Part shown: positions 23,023 through 35,950 of the stretch, piece by piece
How the letters are laid out: each line of letters begins with the position of its first letter
How positions within the stretch are numbered: the first letter of the stretch is position 1
Assembly: GCA_038496445.1 (NCBI GenBank)
Contig: JALMLS010000328.1
Coordinates: forward strand, 64,071 to 128,070
Source of the DNA: Trichosphaerium sp. ATCC 40318
Taxonomy: Eukaryota > Protista > Tubulinea
Reading direction: 5' to 3'
DNA length: 64,000 nucleotides
Position numbers and translations under genes: made by a program
The notes under the pieces: model-generated
What the model saw: only the letters and a program-made list of their open reading frames with translations
What the model was told of the DNA's origin: nothing
Databases searched by the model: none

Positions 23023-26000
23023 ATGAATAAAGACGAATCAACGGAAAATATGGAAGCTTCATCAACGAGCCCTACCACTTCCGAGGACCAAGATGGGAGT
23101 AGTATTGCTACCGTACGGTTTGGCTCACAACGCACTCCAAATTATCTTGCGTTTTTAGTGCCACTACTAATTTGACTCGTTTGGCGTGCTCGCACTCAGT
23201 ATTATATTATAGGCACGATTTAAGGCAGTATCTGATCTATTGCAACAATTAGCCACCGAAACCGATACAGACCAAATATTTAAATGCTTAACAGAGCTAC
23301 GTTGCTATTCAAAGGGAGATAGTACGCGAAAATCAAATTGATGGCTTCAGTTGCCTTTTTTTTTTTTCGCTGTTGCCATTGTTGGTAAATTTTGCCCTTC
23401 AAAGAGTGGCCTTTACTCCGCAACGCGTTAAATTAAAATATTTTTGGGTCTAAACCTGGCTTGTTTTTTTTGAAGTTGAATCTTTATGCTTTTTTATCTT
23501 TTATTGCTGGTTCAGTGGCTTATTGGACTAGGCGATTGCAAACTCATTATTGGTGGCTCAATGGCGCACATACTAAGATTACTTGTATTCAACAATAGAG
23601 AGATCAGAAAAGCGGGCGCAAAATTATTGCGTAGCGTCTCTGTCATAGGCACGTATTCACACCGCACTTATTTCTGCCATCAATCGTGTTTGATTTTTTT
23701 TTTACCCATTTTTTTATTTCTTGCCGTACTCGCCGTGATATTGCGCTATGGAACAAACTTCGCGAGAGCACGCTTGTGACATTGTTTAAATCGTCTCGGG
23801 CTTGTTTCAGAGATAATTGTAGATATTTTTTGATACACTCTTTTGTGAAACTTTTCGGCCACTATAACGACTAACGCGTTATATAGATGATAACATCAAC
23901 AGACTTTCCTCCCTCAAAGATATTGTACCCAGATTGCTTCATATGCTTGCTAGAGAGGACGAAGATATTGATACTAGGATAGATGTATGCGCTATAATAT
24001 GGAATCTATCTTCACAAGGTAATAATCGATTTTTTTTGATTGTTCCTTTCCTTTCCCTTGACGTGGCGTCGTTACTTGCCTTTTATAAATACTGTTACTC
24101 TTTGTTTGTCATTTTCCTTTAACTAATATTCTTTTAATTTGCCCATAAAGCCCCGCGTTTTCTCCACTTGTTGTGTACTATTTATTAATTTCTTTTTGTG
24201 TTTAGTGTCAAACAAAGTTAAAATCTTGGATAATACGGGCATTCCGTTGTTTGTAAACTGCTTACAGTCAGACAATGTTAATCTACAGTGGGAAGCTATT
24301 GGTGTCATTAAAAATCTGTCTTGTAGTGGTACGTAATGATAATGTTTATTGAATTCTTTGTGAGCAGGAGAATTATTGTGAACGTCTTTGGGTTTTTTTG
24401 TAAATTTATTTTGATTTCTTTTCGCTTAAATATCTATTTAGAGGATCTACTAGACCGTATAGAAGAAGGTCAAGTTATAGAGGCAATTCTAGAATTACTT
24501 AAAGACGCTGACAAGCTTGATGCAACCCTTGTTATCGCGTTATGCTCTACTTTATGGAATCTTTCAGTTTCTGGTACGTTAACATCATGCCGTTTTTTTT
24601 TCGTCTTTTAAGTGACATTTTCTTGTTTAATGTATTTTAACGCTGTTTTTTTGTAGATATGAATAAAGTCCGTATTGTGAAGAGTGGCGGTTTGACTATT
24701 CTTACAAAACTGATGCATAGTAAGGAGCCAGCTCTACAACGTGAGGTTGTAGGTGTTCTAAAGAATCTTACGTTGCTTGGTAAGTCAAAAACAAAGAAAT
24801 AATGATTGTTCTCGCTTTGTAGTGTATTGTTGGAAGTTTCTAATGTATTTTCACCTTTAGCCGCAAAGGGTCATGACCCAGGATCAGTTTTGATGGAAAG
24901 CGAGTCTGGTGGTGTTCTTATTAACAAACTTATAACCTTACTTGATCCTGAACATGCTCCTGCTACTCGTGCACTGTCAGCCGCTGTATTAGCTAATTTA
25001 GCTAATTCTCCAAACAACAACAAATATTTACGTGCGTTCTTCAAAGATACACGCTGTGTACCCTTTTTTTTGTTCTTTGGTTGGTTTGTTAATCGCTTTT
25101 CTTTAGCTGCAAGTAATTTGGAGCAAGTCAAAAAGAATGGAGATGTAGAACGTGCTAAAGCAGTCTTGCGGAATTCTGTACTTACTACTGATGACAGAAA
25201 TTCTCCTAGAAATAGCCCTGATGCTACTAAACAGTACGTTCTTGGTTTTGTTCTATTTCTTTTATCATTTGTACATTTTGTTGTTGTTACTGATTTTGTT
25301 CTGTAGAGCGCCAAAGAGAGTTATTGATGTCAAGGAGGAATCTGTTGATCACAAAAAGTACAGACATAAATTACTGTTAGGAATGTTCTTTACTCATTTT
25401 TTTTTTTGAATCTCTAGGCGAAGAAAGCCAACCAAAAAATCACATAGCAAGCAGTACGTGATTTAGTGAAAGAAAAAAGTTGTTCTATACAAAATACTCA
25501 TTTATTCTTGTTTAGTGAATCAGAATCATCTGGTTCATCAGAGGATATTGCGGATACCTTGAAACAAAAACTGGGTGATGAAGATAGAATTAATTGGAAA
25601 GATATCACAATAGTGAAGAAAATTGGTTCGTAGTGTTAACAAGCTTTTGAGCTGTTTTTTTTTTGTAAAGAATTGATGCTTTCTCTTTTATTTACACCAT
25701 AATTTTTAGGAAAGGGTCAGTATGGTGAAGTTTGGCTTGCATCTTACCACGAGTTTCCTGTGGCGTGTAAAATTATCAAAAAGGAACTACAAGAGGAAGA
25801 ACTTGTTGAAACACTAGAAGAGCTTTCTTTGATGAAGTAAGACTTTAGCTGCATTTGTTTCTGTTAATTGATTTCTTGTACAGGCGTTTGAAGCATCCAA
25901 ATGTTGTAATGCTTATGGGTGCTTGTCTTGATGAAAAGAACAGACTTTGCATTATTACTGAGCTAGCCACAAGAGGTGATTTGAAAAAGATCTTAACGTA

Positions 26001-27775
26001 TGTCCTTGGATTTGTTGCTTTTTTTTTGTGATCTCCTGCTGATACGTTCTTTTTTTATGATAGTGAAGCTCCACCTCCACTTTATAAGCGTTTGGAAATT
26101 GGAAGAGGTATTGCTTCAGGTCTTGCCTGGCTCCATGCCCATAATATCGTCCATCGTGATCTAAAGGTGAGTTGAATTACGCAGAGTTCATTAGTCTTGA
26201 CAAAACTGTTTCAGATGGCGAATTTGCTAGTATCTGAGGACTGGACGGTTAAAATTTCTGATTTTGGCTTGTCTCTTCGTCTAACACCTGGAGCTGTTGT
26301 AACCGGATTTGGTGGTAATTTAAAATACTCTGCACCTGAAATTTTGAGGTACTTGGCTGGTGATTATTCACTTTCTATGGCGCTTTTTTTTCCCACGCAG
26401 ACAACTGACAGTTCGATTTAGGGCGCGTGAGTCTGATGGTACAATGGTATATCCGTACTCAGAAAAGAGTGATATATACTCGTACTCCCTATTGCTTTGG
26501 GAGTTAGTTGCAGGCACTCCGGTATTCCCTAGAGAGCTCAGGTTCGTTTTTTTTTCTCCTGTTCTAAAATTACCGTTACTAACTTTTTTCGCTTTATAGG
26601 GATCCACCTAATACACCAATACAAGATTGGGTACTTACTGGCCATCGGCCGCCACTACAAAATGATTGGCCAGATTCTTTGAAGGCACTGTTTAAAGCTA
26701 TGGTACATGACAGTCGCTATTTTTTTTGGATTATTCTTTTGAGAGCTAACTGTATTTACTTTCCCAGTGGTCCGATAATATACGAAACCGACCAAAGTTC
26801 AACAATATCCTCAAAGACTATGATACATTAATGATAGATGTGTTATGCACTGACCCATTCGCTAAACGTGTTGCTGAAGCGGTAAGTCTAGTCAATATTA
26901 AAATGACGACCTTATTGTCGCTTGTATTGATGTTGTTTTATAGGTTTGGACAGGAAAGAGGCTTTCTGAGAATGTTCCATTCCACTACTTGTTAGGCATG
27001 ATAAAGGTATGTATTCATCACGAGCTTGTATGCTGTGTGACGTCAAGCGTTGTTTGGCTTGTTTTGTAGACTCACCTTTCGTTGATTGTTTTTTTTAGAC
27101 TTCGGCTGGACCTTTGTGGCATGTTAAAAAGCGAGATGTTAAGTCTCTCAATGCTGTTTTATGTAATACCTTTGATGATACAGTTTCTTTTGAACGGTTC
27201 TGCTATGTTATGGCCTGGTTTGCTCCAGTTAACCCTATAACAGATTTCTTCAAACGCGTAAGCGACTCTTTGTCTACTCTACGTTTAGAAAGTATCTAAC
27301 CTTGTTTAGTTAACGTCTATGGTCGCCAAGGAGTCGTTCCATGGGTTTTATAGTGAGGAAAAGGCAGAAGCAAGAGTAAAGCAGCTGTGGGAGTCAACCA
27401 GTTTCAAGAGGTGCGAGACACTCCACATTTCGCTTTTTCTGATATTTTGTAGAGCAACTTACGTATACCGTTTTGGCACCGAACTTGGTGGTTTCGTACT
27501 TACGTACATCTCACGAAACGGAGATGTTCGTCATATAAGGTACAACTATTTTCCGTCGCTTTGCATTGTTTTTCCACCACGGAGACGCGTACAAGCGGTT
27601 ATCTGACTTTTTTTGTAGATTCGTAAATCATAGAGGCAAATATATTGTAAAGGACTTAGATGCTGCATCAGACCTAGAGTTCGATTCTATAACGTCTTTG
27701 AGCAAATGGTTTAAGAGTAACTTGAAGTTGAAGAGACGACTACCTGATAGTCCTTTCATAAGTCTTACGCACTAA
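23023..27775 (+). CDS. Armadillo-repeat + TKL kinase + SH2 protein (Dictyostelium Shk-like), >20 exons
   Basis: ARM repeats (IWNLS, IKNLS, LWNLS, LKNLT, LANLA); GKGQYGEV, VACK, HRDLKMANLL, DFG, APE; SH2-like FHGF...YVYRFG..GGFVLTY...VRHIR. Confidence 0.9.
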
Positions 27776-28914
27776 ATATATGTGTTTGATTGCAATAAGA
27801 CTGTATACCCACTAAACGAAGAAGAAAGGGAACAAAAAGGGAAGAGAAGAAGCGGGGTGTAAATGTACATGTCCAACCACAAAAAAAAAAGAGGTCACTC
27901 CTTCTTCTTCTCTTCGTAACTTTTTTTCCTTTTTTTTTTTGTTCACATTTTCGAAAAAAAAAAAAGAATGAAAATAACAACAATAACCTGTGCTTGTACA
28001 CAAAATATATGCTTTGGTAATTCTATACAATATTACTTCGTGTTGTATTCCTTGTTTATTGATGTGTGGGTTGATGGTAGTACAAAGTAGAAGAAGTGTA
28101 GGAATGAAGATTGCACAAAAGTTGAAAATCACAGCCTGTTTTGCCTTTTAGAGCATTGCTTAGAAACATGGCCTCAGGAGTGATATTGTGCGGACAAATG
28201 TCCGGTGGCGGTGTTAACTATTGGAATTTTTAGTGGATTCCTTCGTGTGATATGTTCATCTTAGTAAGCATCAACAAAACTTTGCCGTTCTCAAACTGTA
28301 AGGCTAACAAAGCGATACACTTATCAGGCGCTGTGAGCGAGCGGGGAACATATTTCTTAGTCCTTGAAAAGAACAATCTCAAAAAAAAATATCACGTGAC
28401 CAAATTATCAAAAAAAAAATGACGGCTATTTACGTTTTTAGATAAATAGCTTCTTTGTAGTTTACGTCTACTACTACAATATAACCGAATTGAGGTTAGG
28501 CTAATTGGTAATTGAGGTTACAACATTCTAATAATATTACATGACTGTCCTTGTCATCTTCGGACGCAACGATACATCACCCCGCGTTGCTCCTGACGCG
28601 TGTTCCACAACTTCCGCCTTCGAAAATTTTCAGGTTGGTTCACCAACATTTCATTAAATAGCTCCGTCACGCCTCCATGATACCCACGTGATCAATATAA
28701 ACTAAAAACGGCGGGATTATACCTACGGAACTACAACTGCGCAAACTTCTACTGCAATCCTTCATAACACTATTTTCTTATTGCGGTTTATTGATTTACA
28801 CGTTGTTCCACATCACATTAGTATTTCTCTTAACTGCAGAGATCTTTTTTTTGGAGTTTGTGCACAAATTCTTTAAATATCACCGACTCAGCACCTTCTA
28901 GTCACTTTATAATA

Positions 28915-29823
28915 ATGTCGTCTATACAAGCATACACACCTAGATCATTGAAGAGTGCTTTTAGACGCAAAAGAGAAAAACAACCCTCAAACACCAACCA
29001 ATACGAGAAGATGGACCCAACTAAGAGACGATCAAAACCTATAACAGCGCATTATTCTACTGGACTACAATTTTCAAAGCAAGACGAAGAGGCCGAAAAA
29101 CAGCGAACTTTACGGGTTTTAAAAATCCAAAGTTCAGTTAAAAATAAATACGTTATGGACGTAAAATCGCTTAAATCGAAGCTAAATGGATTCAGTATTA
29201 TAAAAAACAGACCTGTAGCATCAATAGAAGAACTTGGACAACGTCAGAAGCTTGATCAACGCGATATAGCTTATATCTGTAAGAGCGTTACAAAAGGTAT
29301 CAAAGCTCTCCGAAATAAGAATATAGTACACCGTAACATAAAAGGAGAATCAATCAAAGTCATGGGAAACGGTAGAGTGAAGATTGGTGACTTCGGAAAG
29401 GCGACTTTCAAGAAAAATCTTGCGCAAGACGGGAAGCGATTTATCGGTACTTTTGGATATGTTGACCCTGCTGGGGAGATTCTATACACTGTAAAGATGG
29501 ATACCTACGCTATAGGAACTCTAGCGATGGAGTTAGCGCTTGGTAGAAGAGAACCTCCTCAGCCGACTTGCGACTCTTTCGCGTATTATCCGGATGACTG
29601 GAACTTAAGCAAGAAGCGAAGAAATGATCTCGTTTTATTACTTAAACAAGATATGAATGTTTTCGGATTTCTTTTGGATTTTGTTGAGTGTTGCTCTCAG
29701 ACTAATGTATCGACGAAGGAGATATTGAAACATCCTTTTATAAAGCTTGCGCATAGATCCAAAAAAGACTTTTTGTGGAACGTCATGGTGAACAGAGACG
29801 ATAAATTTGTTAAACAGAAATAA
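28915..29823 (+). CDS. Intronless STE-like pseudokinase
   Basis: IVHRNIKGESI (HRD->HRN), VKIGDFG, FIGTFGYVDP, ILKHPFI; no recognisable Gly loop or VAIK. Confidence 0.8.
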   Translation: MSSIQAYTPRSLKSAFRRKREKQPSNTNQYEKMDPTKRRSKPITAHYSTGLQFSKQDEEAEKQRTLRVLKIQSSVKNKYVMDVKSLKSKLNGFSIIKNRPVASIEELGQRQKLDQRDIAYICKSVTKGIKALRNKNIVHRNIKGESIKVMGNGRVKIGDFGKATFKKNLAQDGKRFIGTFGYVDPAGEILYTVKMDTYAIGTLAMELALGRREPPQPTCDSFAYYPDDWNLSKKRRNDLVLLLKQDMNVFGFLLDFVECCSQTNVSTKEILKHPFIKLAHRSKKDFLWNVMVNRDDKFVKQK

Positions 29824-30382
29824 GAAAAAAAAGGGAAAAAAATACTTCTTCTTTGTAAATAAAACGTGTATTATATTGTCCACAAGGTCTTGTTTCGTTT
29901 TTTATTTACAAAGCAACATTCAAGTATGTGCGTGTAGTGTTGTTAGAATTTGTGTAGTCGTGTTGTTCAGGCGAACTTCATACTAAAACTCTATTGAAAA
30001 ACATTGCTTTTACTACCAGTACTTTTCCTCATTACAGCAAAAAACCACTAATTATTTGGTACAGCTAAACGTATACCATCATAACTACATTTACTAGCGA
30101 TTAAAAAGTGAAACGCTACTGGGCGAGTAAAAACGCCTCAAAGATTCCCGATTTCCTTTCAAAAATCACCTTTTTCGCCAATATTTGGAACTCAAGGCAA
30201 TGCTGGCCTGTTAAAACTCACCTCCACAACATATTTATAACAGATACAAATGAGAATCATCTTGAAAGTTTGTTTAAGCAATTATATTGCCTATTTAGGA
30301 AAGCTATATCCTTTTTCGGTATTGCTTTCTCCAAAACACCCAAACTCAACAACGTAGCCTGAAAAACAAATACAAAAGTAAT

Positions 30383-30820
30383 ATGAAGCCCATAGTCATA
30401 TTTTCTCTGCTATTACTGTCCACTACGGCTGCATACGGACTAAATCCTGTTCGACGAGCACTACATGGTGCTAAAGCAATGTATGGACTAACAAGACGAA
30501 CAGCTTTGCTACAATTCTATAGACTGCCCTATGATGGTATTAACGCGTACAAAGGGATAGCGTTTTGTCCTCCTGTAAGCTCTTTAACGATGATAGACCC
30601 AAGGACTACATTTGAGTCTCTTCATATAAAGCGCCACACAATACTTAAAGGATTCTATTGTACATACAATGTCTTCCGACGCGGAAAAGTAGAGTACTTT
30701 TACCATTATCTAAGAATCATTCCAAGCCGCGTTAGAAGAGTTAGAACATCTGGTGTTTTGAATGATATTTGCTTCAGTAAAGAAACCTGTCATGTAGAGG
30801 TGTACCAAGTTGATCCATAG
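30383..30820 (+). CDS. Small secreted hypothetical protein
   Basis: 145-aa ORF with signal peptide MKPIVIFSLLLLSTTAAYG; AATAAA follows the stop. Confidence 0.65.
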   Translation: MKPIVIFSLLLLSTTAAYGLNPVRRALHGAKAMYGLTRRTALLQFYRLPYDGINAYKGIAFCPPVSSLTMIDPRTTFESLHIKRHTILKGFYCTYNVFRRGKVEYFYHYLRIIPSRVRRVRTSGVLNDICFSKETCHVEVYQVDP

Positions 30821-31155
30821 AAATAAAAAAATTGTCAATTTGGTATTCAAAGACAAGTTCTTTCGTTGTTTGACATGAAATACTGTTTTGTGTTGCCATG
30901 TCACGCTTACGCGCCCTAAAAACATGCTAAAAGTATTCTTGGATAGCTTGTTAAACTACATTTACAGAAACTCACATAGTGATTGAGTATTCTACTTGAC
31001 TCTGTTTGTTGCTCGAGTTTTTCGTCCAATAGCTTTACTTTGTCTCTACTAATCATCTTTGATTGTATGTTTTTTCGCGGCCACTTCTGAGAAGTATAAA
31101 CCGTCAATATCAGGTCGTATGATTTTGATTTCGTTTTAGATTGATAAGCGGAAAT

Positions 31156-32385
31156 AAACAAAAAAGTTTACTGACAGATTATTTGTTCATTGAAGAACAG
31201 TACAAGCCACGATCAAAGGCTCATACAATAATCTTTCAGGTGTTATTTTCAGCTCCCAAGGCCGACAGCAGGCGCTCCCACCGGATGGTTAACCACTCCC
31301 AACTCCTTGAAATCGTAGACAACAGTTTTCGCTTTTGAGTGTCTCATTTCTTGCTCAAAAAAAAAAGTGGTTTGTGGAGATACGTTTATATGATCATTGC
31401 ATACAATATAACGTGATTTAGAACTGTTTTGCAATAACTGTGGTTCCATTATTCAATCAACCCAAGTTTTCGAAAACTCATCCATTTTTACTGTGCTTTC
31501 TTTCAATCATAAAAATGACACATTTTTTTGTTGGATTTCGGCAGACGTGTTCCTCTTACGATATCGTGTAAAAATGTAATTTTTTTGAATTTCGTTAAAA
31601 TTAAAGTACGCGTATTTAGTAAAGGCAAATACAACCTCAAGCACTTTTAGACTGTATATGATTTATTGCTGAATCTAATTATAACTTACAACTCCTCCTA
31701 CCAGCACCAACACAGTGTCAATATCTGTTTGGGAACAGGGAAGCATAAACGGCAGTTGCAAGGATGCATCATGCGTTTATTTGAATGCAAATGTTTGAGC
31801 ATCTTAACATAAGTGTAAGATATGTTGTCAACTTAGCGAGGGGTAGTGGCTGTACCTTCTTTTGGCAAAGAATTAAAATATCGTATGGCACCATTAATAT
31901 TATCAGTTTCATAATAAGGTGCATTCAAAAACCTTGAAGCAGTTTTCGCAGCTTGGTTTAAATACTCTTCACCATCAACAATCATTCTCATCCTTAAACC
32001 TACCACAAGCAAACATGGTATATTACCCAATGCTTCTGCATCATTTAAAGCATATTCAAGAGATTCTTGTTCATCAAGAATCGAAACCAGGATGTAACCA
32101 TCCGGCATTGCAAGAGTTTGAATAGGACCATTGTTTTCGTTTATTTGTTTTACTATTGATGCAATACGGAGAGAGTGGTTTGAATTGTAACCCTTTAATA
32201 GACTAGCACTTTGTATTATACTATTGAAGGTATGTATAAGCATATTGAGTGTATATTCGTTATCTATCGCAGGTGACGTTGATGAGAATAGAATTGATGT
32301 TAAAAACAGAAAATGTGCGAGTTTTCCATTTGTCTATATTTAGTCAATGGTGACGTAATGACTTCGTGGCTTTTCTATCTTCCCC
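31156..32385. repeat. Inverted duplicate of 16136-17359
   Basis: Reverse-complement match read directly. Confidence 0.92.
31833..32243 (-). CDS. Intronless 136-aa degenerate Ras-like protein; copy B
   Basis: ~7 aa differences from copy A; ORF intact. Confidence 0.65.
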   Translation of the reverse strand: MLIHTFNSIIQSASLLKGYNSNHSLRIASIVKQINENNGPIQTLAMPDGYILVSILDEQESLEYALNDAEALGNIPCLLVVGLRMRMIVDGEEYLNQAAKTASRFLNAPYYETDNINGAIRYFNSLPKEGTATTPR

Positions 32386-33543
32386 TTTCCCTTCCCCAAA
32401 ATAAAATCCTTGAAACCGAATCAGGGGTATTAAGGCAAATCCAGGACTGAAAAAGAAATAATAGGCATTATGTATCTAATAAGAGCACATAGTGATATTC
32501 TGTCGAATTACCATCCATTAATTATGCTAGGTATTTTTCGTCAACCTTTAAATGACTGGCATGGGCTTATGGCTTCCTATGAGTTCTAGGTGTGACAGTT
32601 GTTTATAATTTGTTACAACTTCTAATTTGCATTGCTGTGTACATATTGTCCGTATCATTCAAGTTTGCTACAGGTTTGGCAGAAGTATCAAAGTGTAATA
32701 TCTTGCAAGAACTAACAGAACTGACGCTTTGATAAAACTTGCAGGACCAGTGCAATGTGAATGCATCACATTCTATACTAATGACAACGTAACTTGCTTG
32801 CCTTCTTATACATTAAGACAAGACGAAAAAGCACTGTCAAAGTAACATCATCTAACATGACGAGCACAGTATTTCATGTAGGTGTGCTCCATACAATACT
32901 ACTCACTCAGGAGCCATAAAAACGAGTACACATTGATTATTTACATGGTAACTTACTAGCACCACGCGAATACTGACACATTCAGGCGTTAAGAGGAGTA
33001 TGTAACGTGAGAACGTTAAAACCTCAAAGAAAATTCCAAGCGCTTCCAAAGTATCTTGCGCTGCATGTACGGTATTAACATAGCGTAATAATCCGTTTTA
33101 GAGTATAGGAGACAACAGTTGGACCTCAGAGGTAATCAGAGACGTTAACAGAACTACACTAATGTACAAATAAAATAATGGTTATTAATAAAAACACGTG
33201 GTGTCGCAATAGTATGTATGCGTTGTTGACATGGATTTTGTTTTTTCCAGAACTGACAAGATCCGTCAGATCTTGTAGTTTTTGACATATCTTGCAAGAA
33301 CTAACAGAAGTTGCAAGATCTGTCAGATCTGACTAAACACGAAAACCAAAAGTCACAAAAAGCAAAAAGTTGCAAACTCAATTGTAGCTTATGCTTGTTA
33401 CTATTAGAGGCAAAAATACATAAGCATTGTTTTATTTTACTACTTGACTGCACGAACCAAGACATTCACTGGGAAGTTGACTAGCAGAAATAAATAGGAA
33501 TAAACGAGTTGGGGAGTGAATACTGTATGTTTATTTGGAACTA

Positions 33544-34302
33544 CTACTGCTCTACAGTGTGTTGATGGTAACAGCTACAAAATAAATCACTATCTCCGTA
33601 CAGTCTTAGGTCAGTTAAATACACAATCCGGCATATTGGTCTTGTCTGTAGAAGAGGAAATGTTACAATGCAGCAAATGCAAAATGTTATCGAGTTTGTA
33701 GACGGAGGAGATGTTGATGGCGGAAGTGATGTTGAAGGAGGGAATGGAGGGGTACTGTTTGTTGAAGGAGCTGATGTTGATGGAGATAATGGAGGGATAC
33801 CGTTTGGTATTGGTTGAGATGTAGAAGGAGCTGATGTTGATGGAGGTAATGAAGGGATACCGTTTGTTGTAGGTTGAGATGTTGACGGAGCTGAGGTTGC
33901 TGGAGGTACATTTGTTGTAGGTTGAGATGTTGACGGAGCTGAAGTTGAAGGAGGTAATGAAGGGATACCGTTTGGTGTAGGTTGAGATGTTGACGGAGCT
34001 GATGTTGATGGAGGTAATGAAGGGATACCGTTTGTTGTAGGTTGAGATGTTGACGGAGCTGATGTTGAAGGAGGTAATGAAGGGATACCGTTTGTTGTAG
34101 GTTGAGATGTTGACGGAGCTGATGTTGATGGAGGTAATGAAGGGATACCGTTTGGTGTAGGTTGAGATGTCGACGGTTGAACTGTAGCAGGAGGATCCTG
34201 AGAACTTCTCAATGACCTGCGCTCGCTCACAGAGGCAACAGATAAAACCATTGCAATCATTGATAAAAGCAGAACAGCGGATATCACGTGTTTAAATGCC
34301 AT
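33544..34302 (-). CDS. Secreted mucin-like Pro/Ser/Thr repeat protein
   Basis: Signal peptide MAFKHVISAVLLLSMIAMVLS, then 20-aa repeats; 3' end uncertain. Confidence 0.75.
   Translation of the reverse strand: MAFKHVISAVLLLSMIAMVLSVASVSERRSLRSSQDPPATVQPSTSQPTPNGIPSLPPSTSAPSTSQPTTNGIPSLPPSTSAPSTSQPTTNGIPSLPPSTSAPSTSQPTPNGIPSLPPSTSAPSTSQPTTNVPPATSAPSTSQPTTNGIPSLPPSTSAPSTSQPIPNGIPPLSPSTSAPSTNSTPPFPPSTSLPPSTSPPSTNSITFCICCIVTFPLLQTRPICRIVYLTDLRLYGDSDLFCSCYHQHTVEQ
33740..34180 (-). repeat. Coding minisatellite, 60-bp unit (PSTSQPTxNGIPSLPPSTSA), ~7 copies
   Basis: Read directly from the sequence. Confidence 0.9.
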
Positions 34303-35654
34303 AGATGGTATCAATAGGATAAGGTGTTACTCAACAGGTTTGGATGTTGTAGTTTTAGTACTTACTTTAAGTTTGCTCTCGGACTTTTTCTTGTTGTTAT
34401 AAATCACAAAATTGGCACCATTAACTTTTGCACCATGCAATTTTTGTAACCAAAAAGTACAACTGATTCCAAAGTAATGCTGTGATGATTGTAACAATGT
34501 TAAAAGCTATTTTGATTGGCGTGTCGTTTCGAGAAAAAACAGAATCCCAAACTCTGTGGCACTTTTTACTACAAGCAAGGTAAAGAACTGTTTATTTTGT
34601 TTGTATCAAGTGAATGTAAAATGTTTAACTTGTTGTCTGAGATTGGAGTGTGATTTATGACATAGGTAGTACGTAGGCAACTTTTTTTTTCGGTTCACAT
34701 GTTTTATCATAACAAAACCTCCAAAACTCTCCTACTAATCTGAAAACACTCCAACTTGCTTTGTATACGTCATAATAGGTTTAAGATTGTATTTTTTTAT
34801 TCAACAAACATGCGTATAGGGAATAGTAGTACGCTTTTGTTCGTGACATTTCGTGAAAGCAGTTAAACTTTTTTACCACTAAAAAGGTTTTTTATATGTA
34901 GAATCAAAGTACTGGGTGTGTACGTACTAGGGTTGATATTGGTGAAACCACGTGTCGCACTTTTTTTACCACCTTTTACATTAAATTCTTTCGTCACACT
35001 TTTTTCGTAATGCACATCGCTACAACCATCGTACAAATGTTGGACCCAGCTACTTTCAATAAAAACATGGGATTTAAAACAAGTCACAAAAAAACCAACA
35101 TCAAGGGATTGCCATGTAAAAAACTCATATTGGCAGCTTTAGTTTATCTAGAAATTGAATCTGTTACTACCGTAGTTTGTGTTAGCTCACACGAGATTTT
35201 TATATACTAAACAACTAAAGAGATTCTCGTGTATATGTGTAAGGTGTATTCAATTATAAAAATAACTTCAAGGTTACAACTTTGGTACTTCTGAAAGTCA
35301 TCGAACTGATGCACTGTAGGCCAGCAGATGCTCTTGAACTACATAATCTTTGCTAAGCTATATTTTTATTAATATCTCTACTTTAACATCTACACTAAGA
35401 ACGTCTTTTTGGATGCTACAACCTTCGCTTTCTGTTACACAAAACTTGTTAGTTCTTCCCAGACGCAATGCGATTGGATGAATAGAATAGTTGCAACAAA
35501 TCTAAACCAACCACTCGCCATGTTTAGAAGCGCCATTAAGGGAATATTACTATTGAACGATCCTATAACTAAGTTGCTTTCATTCTGTGGTTATGTTCTT
35601 GGCATGTTGTTTATTTTGTACCTCATTGTTTCTTATTCAAGTTTTTCGTCACAC

Positions 35655-35950
35655 TTCATGTAGCTTTTTTTACTTGTTTGCCACTAGCCCACGTGCTCTT
35701 TGACTTAATGTTTCCATTTTCATGCCACTCTCTGGGTATAACATGTGTTTACCTACCTTACGTTGTCCATTTTCGTACCAAAAGTTGGTTTCGCCATGCC
35801 GTGCATTGTTAAGCCACATGCCTTGTTTTGCAAGCTGCCCGTATTTGTACCACTCGTTTGCTTCTTGTTTAGAATTGCTCCAAGTACTTTGTACCCGTTG
35901 TAGTCCGTTTTTATGCCACTCTTTAATTTCTTTAAGTACTGCTTTGTTGA
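35655..35950 (-). pseudogene. Decayed MORN-variant repeat gene
   Basis: KEWHKNGLQ...EWYKYGQL...HGETNFWYENGQRK, then a frameshift to EWHENGNIKSKSTWASGKQ. Confidence 0.7.

Noticed and set aside
25378-25390. Apparent GA splice donor in the kinase gene
   Set aside because: A canonical GT donor upstream (AA|GTACAG) restores the frame
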